A stretch of 64,000 nucleotides of DNA, taken from contig JACPDA010000004.1 in the NCBI GenBank assembly GCA_016184225.1, positions 134,800-198,799 on the forward strand, in the 5' to 3' direction. Source of the stretch: Candidatus Daviesbacteria bacterium. Its GTDB lineage: Bacteria > Patescibacteriota > Microgenomatia > Daviesbacterales > UBA10151. How positions within the stretch are numbered: position 1 is the stretch's first letter; each line of letters begins with the position of its first letter. The notes under the pieces were generated by a model that was not told the DNA's origin, did not search any database, and saw only the letters and a program-made list of their open reading frames with translations. A program made the position numbers and the translations under genes. Positions 36,370-45,765 of this stretch are shown here, in pieces.

Positions 36370-37367
36370 AGAATGCCTCCCAAAAGAGCTACTCCGACTA
36401 AGGCTGCGGCAAAAAGTTTACCTTTGGAGGATAAGCTTAAGGCTGCTGCCCCCAGGATAACACTTCCCAGAATGTAAAACAAGGCTATTTTTTGATGGGA
36501 AAAGCCAATTTCGAGTAGCTTGTGATGCAAATGCCCCCGATCTCCCCAAACAGGCGATCTTCCTTGCAGCATCCTTCGAAGGAATGTATAGGCAAAATCA
36601 GTGGCAGGGATCAACAGGACCAGTCCTGCAGTTGCCAATTTTCCTCCGGAGAGAATTGCCAAAACTGCAATCATAAATCCTAAAATTCCTGATCCGGAGA
36701 ACCCCGGAAAAATTTTGGCCGGATGCCAGTTAAAAATCAGAAGCCCTAGCGCAGATCCGGCGGTAATGAAGGAAAGTTTGGCTAAATTTAATTGCGTCGG
36801 ATCGGAAGATAATTTTAACGACAAAAACCCCAGGATTATGGCAGACACAGTAATAATTCCCGGCATTTGGCCATCTACACCTTTTGACCAGTTCATCATG
36901 TTCATTACCCAAACAATCCAAATCACAGATAAGAAATCGGCAAGTAAGGCAATCTGGGGACTGCTGTCAAGCTGAATGATTCCTCCCAGGGGATTGGTGA
37001 TGAAGGTAATACCTATGCCGCTTCCGATTACAACTGCCGCTGCAATAAATTGGGCGATCAAGCGCAGATAAGGTGAGAAATTTTGATACTTATCGTCTAA
37101 AAGGCCAACAGCCAGCAGGATAAAAAGCCCTAGTAGAATACCTGGAGTATAACGCTCATATGGCATAAAGATTAATATTGCCGAAGCTATGGCCAAAAAT
37201 ACCGGGAGTCCCCCTGCCCTTGGTACAATCCTTTTTTGTGTGTGAGCGGGATGGGGTCGGGTTTTCGGATCATCTATCAGATGAAACTTCTTAGCAAAAG
37301 CGATAGTGGGAGGGAAACTAAGGACGGCAGCGAGGAAGGAGAAAATAGCAGGTAAAAGAAAATTCAT
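36315..37367 (-). CDS. Glycosyltransferase family 4 (MraY/WecA-like polyprenyl-phosphate sugar-1-phosphate transferase)
   Basis: MraY/WecA signature NMMNWSKGVDG plus D-D-x-x-D region; about 10 TM helices. Confidence 0.75.
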   Translation of the reverse strand: MNFLLPAIFSFLAAVLSFPPTIAFAKKFHLIDDPKTRPHPAHTQKRIVPRAGGLPVFLAIASAILIFMPYERYTPGILLGLFILLAVGLLDDKYQNFSPYLRLIAQFIAAAVVIGSGIGITFITNPLGGIIQLDSSPQIALLADFLSVIWIVWVMNMMNWSKGVDGQMPGIITVSAIILGFLSLKLSSDPTQLNLAKLSFITAGSALGLLIFNWHPAKIFPGFSGSGILGFMIAVLAILSGGKLATAGLVLLIPATDFAYTFLRRMLQGRSPVWGDRGHLHHKLLEIGFSHQKIALFYILGSVILGAAALSLSSKGKLFAAALVGVALLGGILWLNFFGEYSKRRAPDNG

Positions 37368-37369
37368 GT

Positions 37370-37699
37370 TTAAATAAAATTTAAGATTATTTTAATAAAA
37401 GTAATGGTTAATATTATGCCTACTACAGCAGATGAAAGAGAAAGCGCTTTTTTGAAAAAGGATTGCTGAGGATGCAGTTGCCAGGCAATAATTAGATTCA
37501 AAAGAGCGATCAAGCTAATGCTTGCCGGAATAATTAAAAACTGTTGCGGGGTTGCCAGTTGTTCTTCACCCCAGGGCAGGGAATAAAAAAGAGGAAGCTT
37601 GGGAGGCAAAAATTTAAATAGGGAAAAGATAATAGTAGTTAGAACTAGACCGGCAAGTAATGGGGATAGTCCTATCCAAAAGTATAATTCCTTAAGCAT
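37370..37699 (-). CDS. Small membrane protein (hypothetical)
   Basis: 109 aa, 3 TM helices; sits between the GT2 and GT4 genes. Confidence 0.4.
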   Translation of the reverse strand: MLKELYFWIGLSPLLAGLVLTTIIFSLFKFLPPKLPLFYSLPWGEEQLATPQQFLIIPASISLIALLNLIIAWQLHPQQSFFKKALSLSSAVVGIILTITFIKIILNFI

Positions 37700-37703
37700 A
37701 GAT

Positions 37704-39479
37704 TTAGATTTTTTCTAATAGCCTTGTTTTGTTTGTAACTCTAAATTCTAATTTTCTACCAAACATTAGAGAAGTTTGTGCGTCAATAGCAGGGAGGGCA
37801 GAAATAGTTATTAAAATAAGGGGTATTAAAAGCCACTGGATATATGACCAGGTTTTTTTAAATAAGGACCAATTTGCCGGTCTTTTGGGAACTACTTTTT
37901 CATGAACAAAGATAGTGGCAAAAAGACCAAAGAAAGTAACTGTCAATATCCATGAAGAAACTATTGGCAGATTTACTGACAGCACCGATGTTTTAAAATT
38001 GGGGTTAACCAAAGGAATTAGTAAACTACCGAAGGTAACAAAGATTGCTAAAAATCCCCATTTTAAGTCTCCCCAGATTTTAAAAAGCACTTTGTCGGTT
38101 TTGTCCCAAAAATCAATCTCTTTGGTAAAGTATTGCCTGATAATAAAGGGGATGTGCTCTACACCATAGGCCCATCTTTTAATCTGCAGATATTGGTTTT
38201 GGAAGGTTTTGAGTAAGGTAGTATCTTGGACAGCATCGGCGGAAATAGGTAAAAAGTGTGGGATGACTTTATAATCTCCGTTAAAATGGAAGTATGCTTT
38301 CCAATAAAAGCCGTTATCATCGTTAACTTTGTCCGGTATCCAGAGACCAATATCTAAAAGTGCCTTTAAACTTAAAGACATTGAGGAATAATTCATGTAT
38401 TTATCAGAACCGACCATTTCAGCCAGTTGCCAAAGCGAGGTGCCGGTGGCCATCAGTCTCATCGGGGTGGGGGTTTGCCAGTAGTTATTGTGGTACAAAA
38501 ATACTCCGGTAAAAGTTCTTTTATCTCGCTCGGCTACCGGTAAAGATAAGTATTTATGCAGTGCTCCGGAGAGAAACTGGGGGTGGATCACAAAATCAGC
38601 ATCTAAGGTGGTGACAAATACATCTTCAATATTGATTCCTTTTTTCTGAAGCTCAGGCAGGATGTGGTTAATCATCCAATTTTTGTTTGACCCTTGGCCG
38701 GCCACCTCACCAGGCAGTCCATAAGGGTGCGATGTAGTAAAGATGCCGGCTACTTTGTTCTCTACTTCTTTAAGGTACTCTTTGGTCTGCTCGACCTTTT
38801 CCGGGTCGTCCCGTTCCTCAAACCCGACAGCGATAAATATTTTATCTCTGGGGTAACTGCAGTTTGTCAGGGCATCAAAAGTAGGTCTTAGAATGTATAA
38901 GGCTTCTTTATAAGTTGGAACTAGTATGAGTTGATAGTAGCTTTTAGCTTCTTCCGGAAAATCCCTTTGCAGGAGTTTTTGCCAGTCTTCTTTTTTTACA
39001 GACTCCATTTTTCTGTAGCCGATTAAAATTAAAATAGCAATCCGGAAAGCAGTCAGCAACCAATAGATATCAGCAATCAAAATTAGGTAAGCTACGGCAT
39101 AGGGTAGAGCGAAAGAGAGCCAGATAGGAGAAGTTAAGGCCAGCCAGGTTAAGCTGCCGGGCAGGATTTCCAAAATCCTTTCAAAACCATTCTCGTGTTT
39201 TAAGACAAAATCCCGCTCTGTCTTCTCGAAGAAGATGAAACGTTGAGAAAGCAGGTGATGTATGATTAAACCCAGACCTGCGCCTACCAGCAAAAGGCCT
39301 ACCAAAACATTCAAACCGCCACTTAGATAAGATTGACCAAGAAAACCGATTAAAAGTCCTATTAGTGCGAAGATTAGGCCGATAAAACTATAGCGGATTT
39401 CCCCGGTTATTCGCTTTAAGATTTCCGCAAAATAGAAAAAAGACATAAACCCAATAAAAAAGACCAGTAAAATCCGCAT
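37704..39479 (-). CDS. Membrane-bound processive glycosyltransferase family 2 (cellulose-synthase-like)
   Basis: DxD (TLDADFV) and QxxRW (QIKRWAYG) motifs; flanking TM helices. Confidence 0.75.
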   Translation of the reverse strand: MRILLVFFIGFMSFFYFAEILKRITGEIRYSFIGLIFALIGLLIGFLGQSYLSGGLNVLVGLLLVGAGLGLIIHHLLSQRFIFFEKTERDFVLKHENGFERILEILPGSLTWLALTSPIWLSFALPYAVAYLILIADIYWLLTAFRIAILILIGYRKMESVKKEDWQKLLQRDFPEEAKSYYQLILVPTYKEALYILRPTFDALTNCSYPRDKIFIAVGFEERDDPEKVEQTKEYLKEVENKVAGIFTTSHPYGLPGEVAGQGSNKNWMINHILPELQKKGINIEDVFVTTLDADFVIHPQFLSGALHKYLSLPVAERDKRTFTGVFLYHNNYWQTPTPMRLMATGTSLWQLAEMVGSDKYMNYSSMSLSLKALLDIGLWIPDKVNDDNGFYWKAYFHFNGDYKVIPHFLPISADAVQDTTLLKTFQNQYLQIKRWAYGVEHIPFIIRQYFTKEIDFWDKTDKVLFKIWGDLKWGFLAIFVTFGSLLIPLVNPNFKTSVLSVNLPIVSSWILTVTFFGLFATIFVHEKVVPKRPANWSLFKKTWSYIQWLLIPLILITISALPAIDAQTSLMFGRKLEFRVTNKTRLLEKI

Positions 39480-39509
39480 GGTGTATCGTTAAGTGTACTT
39501 TTTTCAGCC

Positions 39510-40400
39510 TCAGAAAGCAAATATTTTCTTAGCGTTTGTGCTGGTTTGTTCTGCTACTTCTGCAAATGATATTCCTTTTAAATCGGCAATAAGCTCCGCA
39601 ATTTCTTTAACCGCCGAGGGTTCGTTTCGCTGGCCTCTTTTACCTTGGGGAGCTAAAAAGGGACAATCTGTTTCCAGTAGAATTTTGTTAAGCGGAAGAA
39701 TTTTAGCAGCTTCTCTTAAGTATTCATTCTTGGGATAGGTGATATTGGCTGCAAAAGAAACGAATAAGTTGGTAGCAGGTAGTAGGTAGCTGGTAGTATG
39801 GGGAAGCCCACTATAACAATGTAAGATGGCAGGTTGGTCGCCGACCATTTTCAGCGCTTCATTCCAAGCCTCGGAGTTGGTGGGGTTTTTTGACCGGTCA
39901 TCCCGGCAATGAATAACTGCCGGCAGATTTAGTTTTTTTGCCAAATCAATGTGAGCCTGAAAAAGCATCCTTTGTAAATCTTTAACCTGTTGGGTGGTAA
40001 TAGAAGGTGGAATGAATCCGGGATTGCTTTCAAAAAAGAAGTCCAGGCCACACTCACCTATACCTACAACTCTTTCAGGATTGCTGCGGTAGATTTTTTC
40101 CAGTTGTGCAATATCTTTTGCCAGATCATTTTGCACATTTGACCCACGGTCGGAGGGCATTTGTGATTGTGAATATTTGGTAGATTCATGTGGGTGAATG
40201 CCGATGGTGGAATAAACTGATAAACCTGCCGGCCACTTAGTGTTTGTGGCTTGGTCCAAAGCCTTTTGACTTGTTTCAACATCCACGCCGATATTGATGA
40301 TTGTAGAAACTCCGGCATCAACAGCCCTTTGAATCATTTCATAAAAATCCTCTTTGTATGAATCCCAGTAAAGATGGGCATGTGTGTCAATTAAATTCAT
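39510..40400 (-). CDS. tatD: TatD family hydrolase (Mg-dependent DNase)
   Basis: N-terminal IDTHAHL; HxH/metal ligands throughout. Contains an in-frame GGTAGNN tandem repeat at 39771-39801. Confidence 0.85.
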   Translation of the reverse strand: MNLIDTHAHLYWDSYKEDFYEMIQRAVDAGVSTIINIGVDVETSQKALDQATNTKWPAGLSVYSTIGIHPHESTKYSQSQMPSDRGSNVQNDLAKDIAQLEKIYRSNPERVVGIGECGLDFFFESNPGFIPPSITTQQVKDLQRMLFQAHIDLAKKLNLPAVIHCRDDRSKNPTNSEAWNEALKMVGDQPAILHCYSGLPHTTSYLLPATNLFVSFAANITYPKNEYLREAAKILPLNKILLETDCPFLAPQGKRGQRNEPSAVKEIAELIADLKGISFAEVAEQTSTNAKKIFAF

Positions 40401-41854
40401 ATTCGGGCCTGCCCGCCAATTGCTTCGCCGCTAGGCGATGGCAGGCGGGGGAAAAGTGACGGGGCAGATTTAATTCGCCGGCTGGCGAATTGTTTTAAGA
40501 TTTTTTCTGCAGTTTCTGGTAAAAAGGGTTGTAAGTTAAAGGCAATTTGCTGGATTCTTATAACGAGGTTTTCCAGTACAGGTTTGGCTTCTTCGTTGGA
40601 TAACTCCCAGGGTTTTTTAATATTAATTTCTTTATCTGCCTCAGTAATCCTAGTCCTAATCCAAAACAGTGCTTCATTAAATTTAAACTCAGAGAGTAAT
40701 TTTTCCAGATCCTGATCAAATTCTGTGGGAATGGTACCAGCCTTTATTTCATGTTGTTCACAGAGTCTAGCGACCCTGGCCACTAAATTCCCTAAACCAT
40801 TTGCCAGGTCAGCATTATAAACTTCTTTAAACCGCTCATTTGTAAAATCGCCGTCAGCATCAATCGGGATTTGGGAGAGCATGAAGTAGCGCAAGGGTTC
40901 TAGTCCGAATTTTTCAACTACATCCTGGGGTGAGATAACATTGCCCAAAGACTTACTAATCTTTTCTCCTTTTAAATTAACAAATCCGTGGATTAAAATT
41001 TGCTTTGGCAGTGGCAATCCTGCAGACAACAACATAGCTGGCCAATAAACCGTATGGAATCTGTTAATATCTTTACCAATAATGTGTAAATCTGCCGGCC
41101 ACCACTTTTGAAACTTTTCCTCATCCCAGCCAAATCCAATTCCGGTCATATAGATCGCTAAAGCATCAAACCAAACATAAATTTTCTGGCTTGGGTTTTC
41201 CGGAACCGGTACTCCAACACCTCTGGAGCGTTCATTTGATCGGGAAATACTAAAATCCTCCAAGCCGGATTTAATAAAAGATAAAACCTCGGATCTTTTG
41301 TTGGCTGGAGCAATTTTTAATTCGTCGCTTTCTATTAGTTGAATTAACTTTTCTTGATATTTTGATAACTTAAAAAAATAGTTTTCCTCTTTTATGCGTT
41401 CCGGTTTGGTGTGGTGGATGGAACAAAGCCCGTCAACCAGCTCTGTTTCTGTCTTGAAAGATTCGCAGCCAATGCAATATAAACCCCCATATTCTTTTTT
41501 ATAAATATCGCCATTTTCCTCACATAATTTCCATAATTTTTGCACTCCGGGCCAGTGTTTTTTTTGATCAGAGCCTCGTTGGAAAACATCCAGGTGCACT
41601 TTTAAAAATTCGAAAGTTTGATGCCAGATTTTGGAATTGCGGTCTAAAAATTCCTGGATAGGAAGACCTTCTTTTTCAGCGGCCTGGACATTTTTTAGCG
41701 CATTTTCATCTGCTCCGGAAAGAAGCAAAGTTTCATCTTCTTTTAGTTGGTGGTATTTTCTAACAGTATCTGCTTGAAAATATTCCAGTGAGTGGCCAAC
41801 ATGCGGCAAGCCGTTAACATAGGGTATAGCTGTTGTAAGGTAGAATTTGTTCAT
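40397..41854 (-). CDS. metG: Methionine--tRNA ligase
   Basis: HIGH motif (PYVNGLPHVGHSLEY), KMSKS motif (KISKSLGN) and Zn-knuckle cysteines (CIGCESF...CSIHH). The C-terminal 20 residues are encoded by a GC-rich palindrome at 40407-40490. Confidence 0.85.
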   Translation of the reverse strand: MNKFYLTTAIPYVNGLPHVGHSLEYFQADTVRKYHQLKEDETLLLSGADENALKNVQAAEKEGLPIQEFLDRNSKIWHQTFEFLKVHLDVFQRGSDQKKHWPGVQKLWKLCEENGDIYKKEYGGLYCIGCESFKTETELVDGLCSIHHTKPERIKEENYFFKLSKYQEKLIQLIESDELKIAPANKRSEVLSFIKSGLEDFSISRSNERSRGVGVPVPENPSQKIYVWFDALAIYMTGIGFGWDEEKFQKWWPADLHIIGKDINRFHTVYWPAMLLSAGLPLPKQILIHGFVNLKGEKISKSLGNVISPQDVVEKFGLEPLRYFMLSQIPIDADGDFTNERFKEVYNADLANGLGNLVARVARLCEQHEIKAGTIPTEFDQDLEKLLSEFKFNEALFWIRTRITEADKEINIKKPWELSNEEAKPVLENLVIRIQQIAFNLQPFLPETAEKILKQFASRRIKSAPSLFPRLPSPSGEAIGGQARI

Positions 41855-42261
41855 TGTAACTTCGTCAGTTTAGGGATTTTTGAGAGTTTAGTCAAATCCG
41901 ATTTAATCGGATTCAAACCCTTTCTTTTTGTTTTTCTAAAATAACTGGCCAGTAAACCGGTTGCTATGATGACTAAGGCGCCGGTGATGATATTTAGAGA
42001 ATTCAAAGCCTTCAAGATTAATAATAAAACCAGGCCCAAACAGACGGAGGAGGAAAAAAGAATATTTTTTAAGAAGATGTTAAGGGTAAAAACTAGCGCT
42101 AAATATAAAGAGAGGAAAAAGGGAAAAATTTGCATAGCATTTGCCTGGGTTAGGCTCTCAGGATAGGGAACTTGTAAAACTACAAATGTAAAACTGCCCC
42201 AGAAAAATAGGCTAGGGAAAATTTTTAAAATAATTTTAAACATGAATCCATTGTAAACCAA
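41851..42261 (-). CDS. Small membrane protein (hypothetical)
   Basis: 136 aa, 4 TM helices. Confidence 0.4.
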   Translation of the reverse strand: MVYNGFMFKIILKIFPSLFFWGSFTFVVLQVPYPESLTQANAMQIFPFFLSLYLALVFTLNIFLKNILFSSSVCLGLVLLLILKALNSLNIITGALVIIATGLLASYFRKTKRKGLNPIKSDLTKLSKIPKLTKLQ

Positions 42262-42341
42262 AAACTTTGAAAGATTAAGGAACCAAAATTTCGCAATAGC
42301 GAAAAAGTGGTACCATGTTTGTTGTTAATAAATTTTATTTT

Positions 42342-44528
42342 TTAAACCCCAACCACCTCAAAAGTAGAACCTCCTGAGTTCTTGGAAACCTCAATTCTGA
42401 CCGGGAATTCTTCTTTTAACTCTTCTATATGAGTAATCACTAAAATCTTTTCAAAATCATTTTTAATGGCATCTATTGCTTCTATTAACCTGGCTCTCCC
42501 TGGTGCATCTTGAGATCCAAATCCTTCATCAATGACCAAAAATTGTAATTTTGCCCCGGCCCGGTGGGTCAGCAGTTTGGAAATGGCCAGCCGGATACAA
42601 AAATTAACCCGGAAAGCCTCACCTCCCGAGTACATCTCATAAGGCCGCTCACCCATCTCATCAGAAATAATGATGTCTAGTGTTTCTATAATGCCTTTTT
42701 CACCGCCGGCAAGTTTAGTTTTGGTTTCCTTTTGGGTTTCGAAACTGACTTTCATACGGCCTTCGGTAAGCTTTTCCAGCAATTTATTTGTTTCATCCTC
42801 AATTTCCGGGATGGCTGCTTCTATAATCATGGCCTGGATGCCTTTTTTGCCGAATGCCAAAGCCAGCTCTTCAAAAGTTTCTCTTTCCTCCGTTAGGGTA
42901 ATTTTTTCTGCTGACTTTTGTTTCGAGAGATTTTCCATTTGGGCTGTCCGGGAAATTAATTCATTAATCTGTCCCAAAATTCCGCGGGCCGCTTTTTCTT
43001 CTTCACGGATACCGGTAAGTTGATTTTCCGTACCGGTGATTTCCTGGTTTAAATTAATAATTTTTTCTGATAAATCAGGTAGTTTAGTTAATTCCTCCGA
43101 TATTCTATCAACCTGCAACTTTTTATTTTGAAACAGGATCCTCATTTCTAAAACTACTTTTTCCTCTGTTTGCAAAGTGGCTTGAATTGTTAGCTTTTCA
43201 TCATTTTGTTTTTGGATTTCTTCTGAATCCTTAAGTTGCAACAGGATTTGTTGGTATTTTTCAGAATCAAAATAGATGGCTTTTAATTGATTTTCTAAAT
43301 CAGCAATTGTTTGTTCTTCCTTGAAAAAATTAATTTTCTGGAGATCTTTTTTCAGATTTGTGATTTGGGTTGTTAATTGACTGTGCACATGTGATTTTTC
43401 AGCTTTGCCGATTTCCTGTCCGCAAGTCGGACATTTGGCTCCTGTTTTTGATGATGCACTAAGTTGGGCAGTCAGTTTATCTATTTCTTTTTGGATGCTT
43501 TGTGTCTGTTGTTTTTTGACATTAATTTCTCCGTTTGTAACGGATAATTTATTTTTTATTTCCAGTTGTTCATGTCTGATTTTATCCATTTTTTCTTTTT
43601 CCAGTTGCAGGGATTTTAAATTCTGCAATTGCCCGCTGACTTCCTGTAATTTTTGGAGTTGTAGCCCAAGAGAGTCAATTTTACTTTTGCGGTTTTTTCC
43701 CTGAGTGATGATTTCTTCTAATTCTTTTTTATTTTCCAAATAATTTTGCTCTAATTTTTTTCTTTGTTCTGAAGCCAAATTTAGTGCTTCCCGCTCCTCC
43801 CGCAAGGTTTTTAACCTTTCTTCTGAGGCTTTAATTTGTGTTTCAACTTCGGTAATTTTATTTTCGGCTGCCTTTTTCTTTGCTGAACGGTCTTCTTTTT
43901 GGGACAACTCCGCTTCTATTTCCAGGAGTTGATAATCCAGCAGTTGCAGTTTTGTCAGCGCTGCCTTGCTTTTTTCTTTGGCTTTTTCCTCTAAGAGATC
44001 GTAGTGATCTAAGCCTAAAATATCGGCCAAAATCTTTTTCCGCTCAGTCGGGCCTTTGGTGGTAAATTCATCAGCATGGCCTTGACGAAGATATGCAGAG
44101 TTGGTAAATGTCTCAAAGCTTAAATGCAGGGCATCTATTATTTTTTGTTGGGTAGCTTTGATGGTGCCTTCTGTCAGATTATGTCCTGAGCGAACAGAGT
44201 GAGTTGAAGGATTACTACTCCAGAATTCCAGCGCTGTTTGACCGCCGCCTTTTGTTGAACGACTTCTTTTAATAGTAAAGTTATGGCCGTCCAGCTCGAA
44301 TTCAAACTCAGCAGACATATTAACTGCACTTGCATGGATCAGGCTGTCGGAAGAATCCCCGGCCCGGGAAGTACCCCAAATGCACCAGGTGATAGCATCA
44401 AGCAAAGATGACTTACCGGCGCCGTTGAGCCCGGAAATGGCAGCCAGCTTAAATTTTGTAAAATCCAGCTCAGGTGGGCTTTGACCGTAACTTGTAAAAT
44501 TGGATAATGTTAGTTTAACCGGTATCAT
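42342..44528 (-). CDS. sbcC: SbcC/Rad50-family ATPase
   Basis: Walker A ISGLNGAGKSSLLDAI; long coiled coil; zinc hook CPTCGQ; C-terminal Walker B/D-loop FLVIDEGFGSQD. Confidence 0.85.
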   Translation of the reverse strand: MIPVKLTLSNFTSYGQSPPELDFTKFKLAAISGLNGAGKSSLLDAITWCIWGTSRAGDSSDSLIHASAVNMSAEFEFELDGHNFTIKRSRSTKGGGQTALEFWSSNPSTHSVRSGHNLTEGTIKATQQKIIDALHLSFETFTNSAYLRQGHADEFTTKGPTERKKILADILGLDHYDLLEEKAKEKSKAALTKLQLLDYQLLEIEAELSQKEDRSAKKKAAENKITEVETQIKASEERLKTLREEREALNLASEQRKKLEQNYLENKKELEEIITQGKNRKSKIDSLGLQLQKLQEVSGQLQNLKSLQLEKEKMDKIRHEQLEIKNKLSVTNGEINVKKQQTQSIQKEIDKLTAQLSASSKTGAKCPTCGQEIGKAEKSHVHSQLTTQITNLKKDLQKINFFKEEQTIADLENQLKAIYFDSEKYQQILLQLKDSEEIQKQNDEKLTIQATLQTEEKVVLEMRILFQNKKLQVDRISEELTKLPDLSEKIINLNQEITGTENQLTGIREEEKAARGILGQINELISRTAQMENLSKQKSAEKITLTEERETFEELALAFGKKGIQAMIIEAAIPEIEDETNKLLEKLTEGRMKVSFETQKETKTKLAGGEKGIIETLDIIISDEMGERPYEMYSGGEAFRVNFCIRLAISKLLTHRAGAKLQFLVIDEGFGSQDAPGRARLIEAIDAIKNDFEKILVITHIEELKEEFPVRIEVSKNSGGSTFEVVGV

Positions 44529-45727
44529 TATTCTAATAACTGGGCAGCATATTTTTCCAAAGCTTTTTGTTTTGTAACCGGATATTTTTTGGCTTCAAAA
44601 TATTTTTTTAAAGCGGCAATCGGAGTCAGGGTCTCCACATCCTTACCAAAATCTATTTTTTCCCGTTCCAGCCGTTCAACATTTCTGGAAATACCGGCCA
44701 CTAAATGGGCTAAAGAGAGAGCTTTTTTTATTTTATCCATCTCGATATCTTGATCCAGTCCGGCAGGGATATTAATGACTAGCCTGATAATTTTATCTGC
44801 CAGGTCGTGTTTTTTGATTTCATCCAGTATAGTTTGGGTGGGGTCAGGATCTGCACTTTTGAGGTTAACAGTGATAGTTAAAAACTGCCGGGCATTGGTA
44901 GAGATAAACTGATAACTTGTTTGATATTTGTCTGACGTCTGACGACTGACGACTGAAAGCTCTACTAAACAAATTCCTTTTTCCTCTTTTTCCTCCCCGA
45001 AATCTATCCGTTGTGGCGAGCCGGAATAAACAATTAATGGTCCGCCCGCTTCGCGAGGCGAGCCCGCCGGCGGATTGGAAAGAACTTGGTGTTTGTGGAT
45101 ATGGCCCAAGGCCACATAATTTAGCCTTTTGTCTTGTAGCAAGGGTAGGGGAAGGGTAATATCATTCCCAATTGCCAGACCTTTTTCACTTCCGAACTGC
45201 GCCCCCACTATTTCAGCATGGGACAGTAAAACAGCAGGGGAATCAGGAGTAATTTTGTCATAGAGTAATTTTAGTTTTTCAGCCACGGTTTTGTAGTCGT
45301 TTTTATGTAACCAGGGTAGGGTGACTACTTGTAAGTTTCCGGATTTGGTGGGAATTTGCAAAATTTCCGGATGTCTGGAAACCCAGACATTATCTATCTC
45401 CAAGGCTGAATAGATATCCAAAGTATTGGCTTTGCCTTCTGCATTGGGGGTGTCGTGATTTCCCACTACCAAAACAACAGGGATTTTTTTGGCCAGTTTA
45501 GCAATCCTTTCACCAAAACCCCGCTGTTGGGTGGGGTTGGGATCACGGGTTTTATAGGCATCACCGGCAAAGATCACTGCATCGACATTTTCTTTAAAAG
45601 CAGTTTCTACAATAAAATCAAAAGTATTGAAAAAATCCAGCAGCCTGGTGGAAAGTCCGGTTTCCGGATCCAATTTAGAGTAATTTTCCATGCCAATATG
45701 AAGGTCAGAAAAGTGAAGTAGTTTCAT
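44528..45727 (-). CDS. sbcD: SbcD/Mre11-family nuclease
   Basis: Calcineurin-like phosphoesterase motifs MKLLHFSDLHIG, GDAYK, GNHD, GHIH. Carries in-frame repeat insertions at 44930-44956 and 45030-45070. Confidence 0.85.
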   Translation of the reverse strand: MKLLHFSDLHIGMENYSKLDPETGLSTRLLDFFNTFDFIVETAFKENVDAVIFAGDAYKTRDPNPTQQRGFGERIAKLAKKIPVVLVVGNHDTPNAEGKANTLDIYSALEIDNVWVSRHPEILQIPTKSGNLQVVTLPWLHKNDYKTVAEKLKLLYDKITPDSPAVLLSHAEIVGAQFGSEKGLAIGNDITLPLPLLQDKRLNYVALGHIHKHQVLSNPPAGSPREAGGPLIVYSGSPQRIDFGEEKEEKGICLVELSVVSRQTSDKYQTSYQFISTNARQFLTITVNLKSADPDPTQTILDEIKKHDLADKIIRLVINIPAGLDQDIEMDKIKKALSLAHLVAGISRNVERLEREKIDFGKDVETLTPIAALKKYFEAKKYPVTKQKALEKYAAQLLE

Positions 45728-45765
45728 CGCAGAGCGATTATACCACCGGAGCGTTGTGATAGAAT

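Noticed and set aside
42670-44065. Plus-strand ORFs 42670-43023, 43405-43704 and 43880-44065 within sbcC
   Set aside because: Antisense to the long, well-supported SbcC/Rad50 coding region; low-complexity translations.
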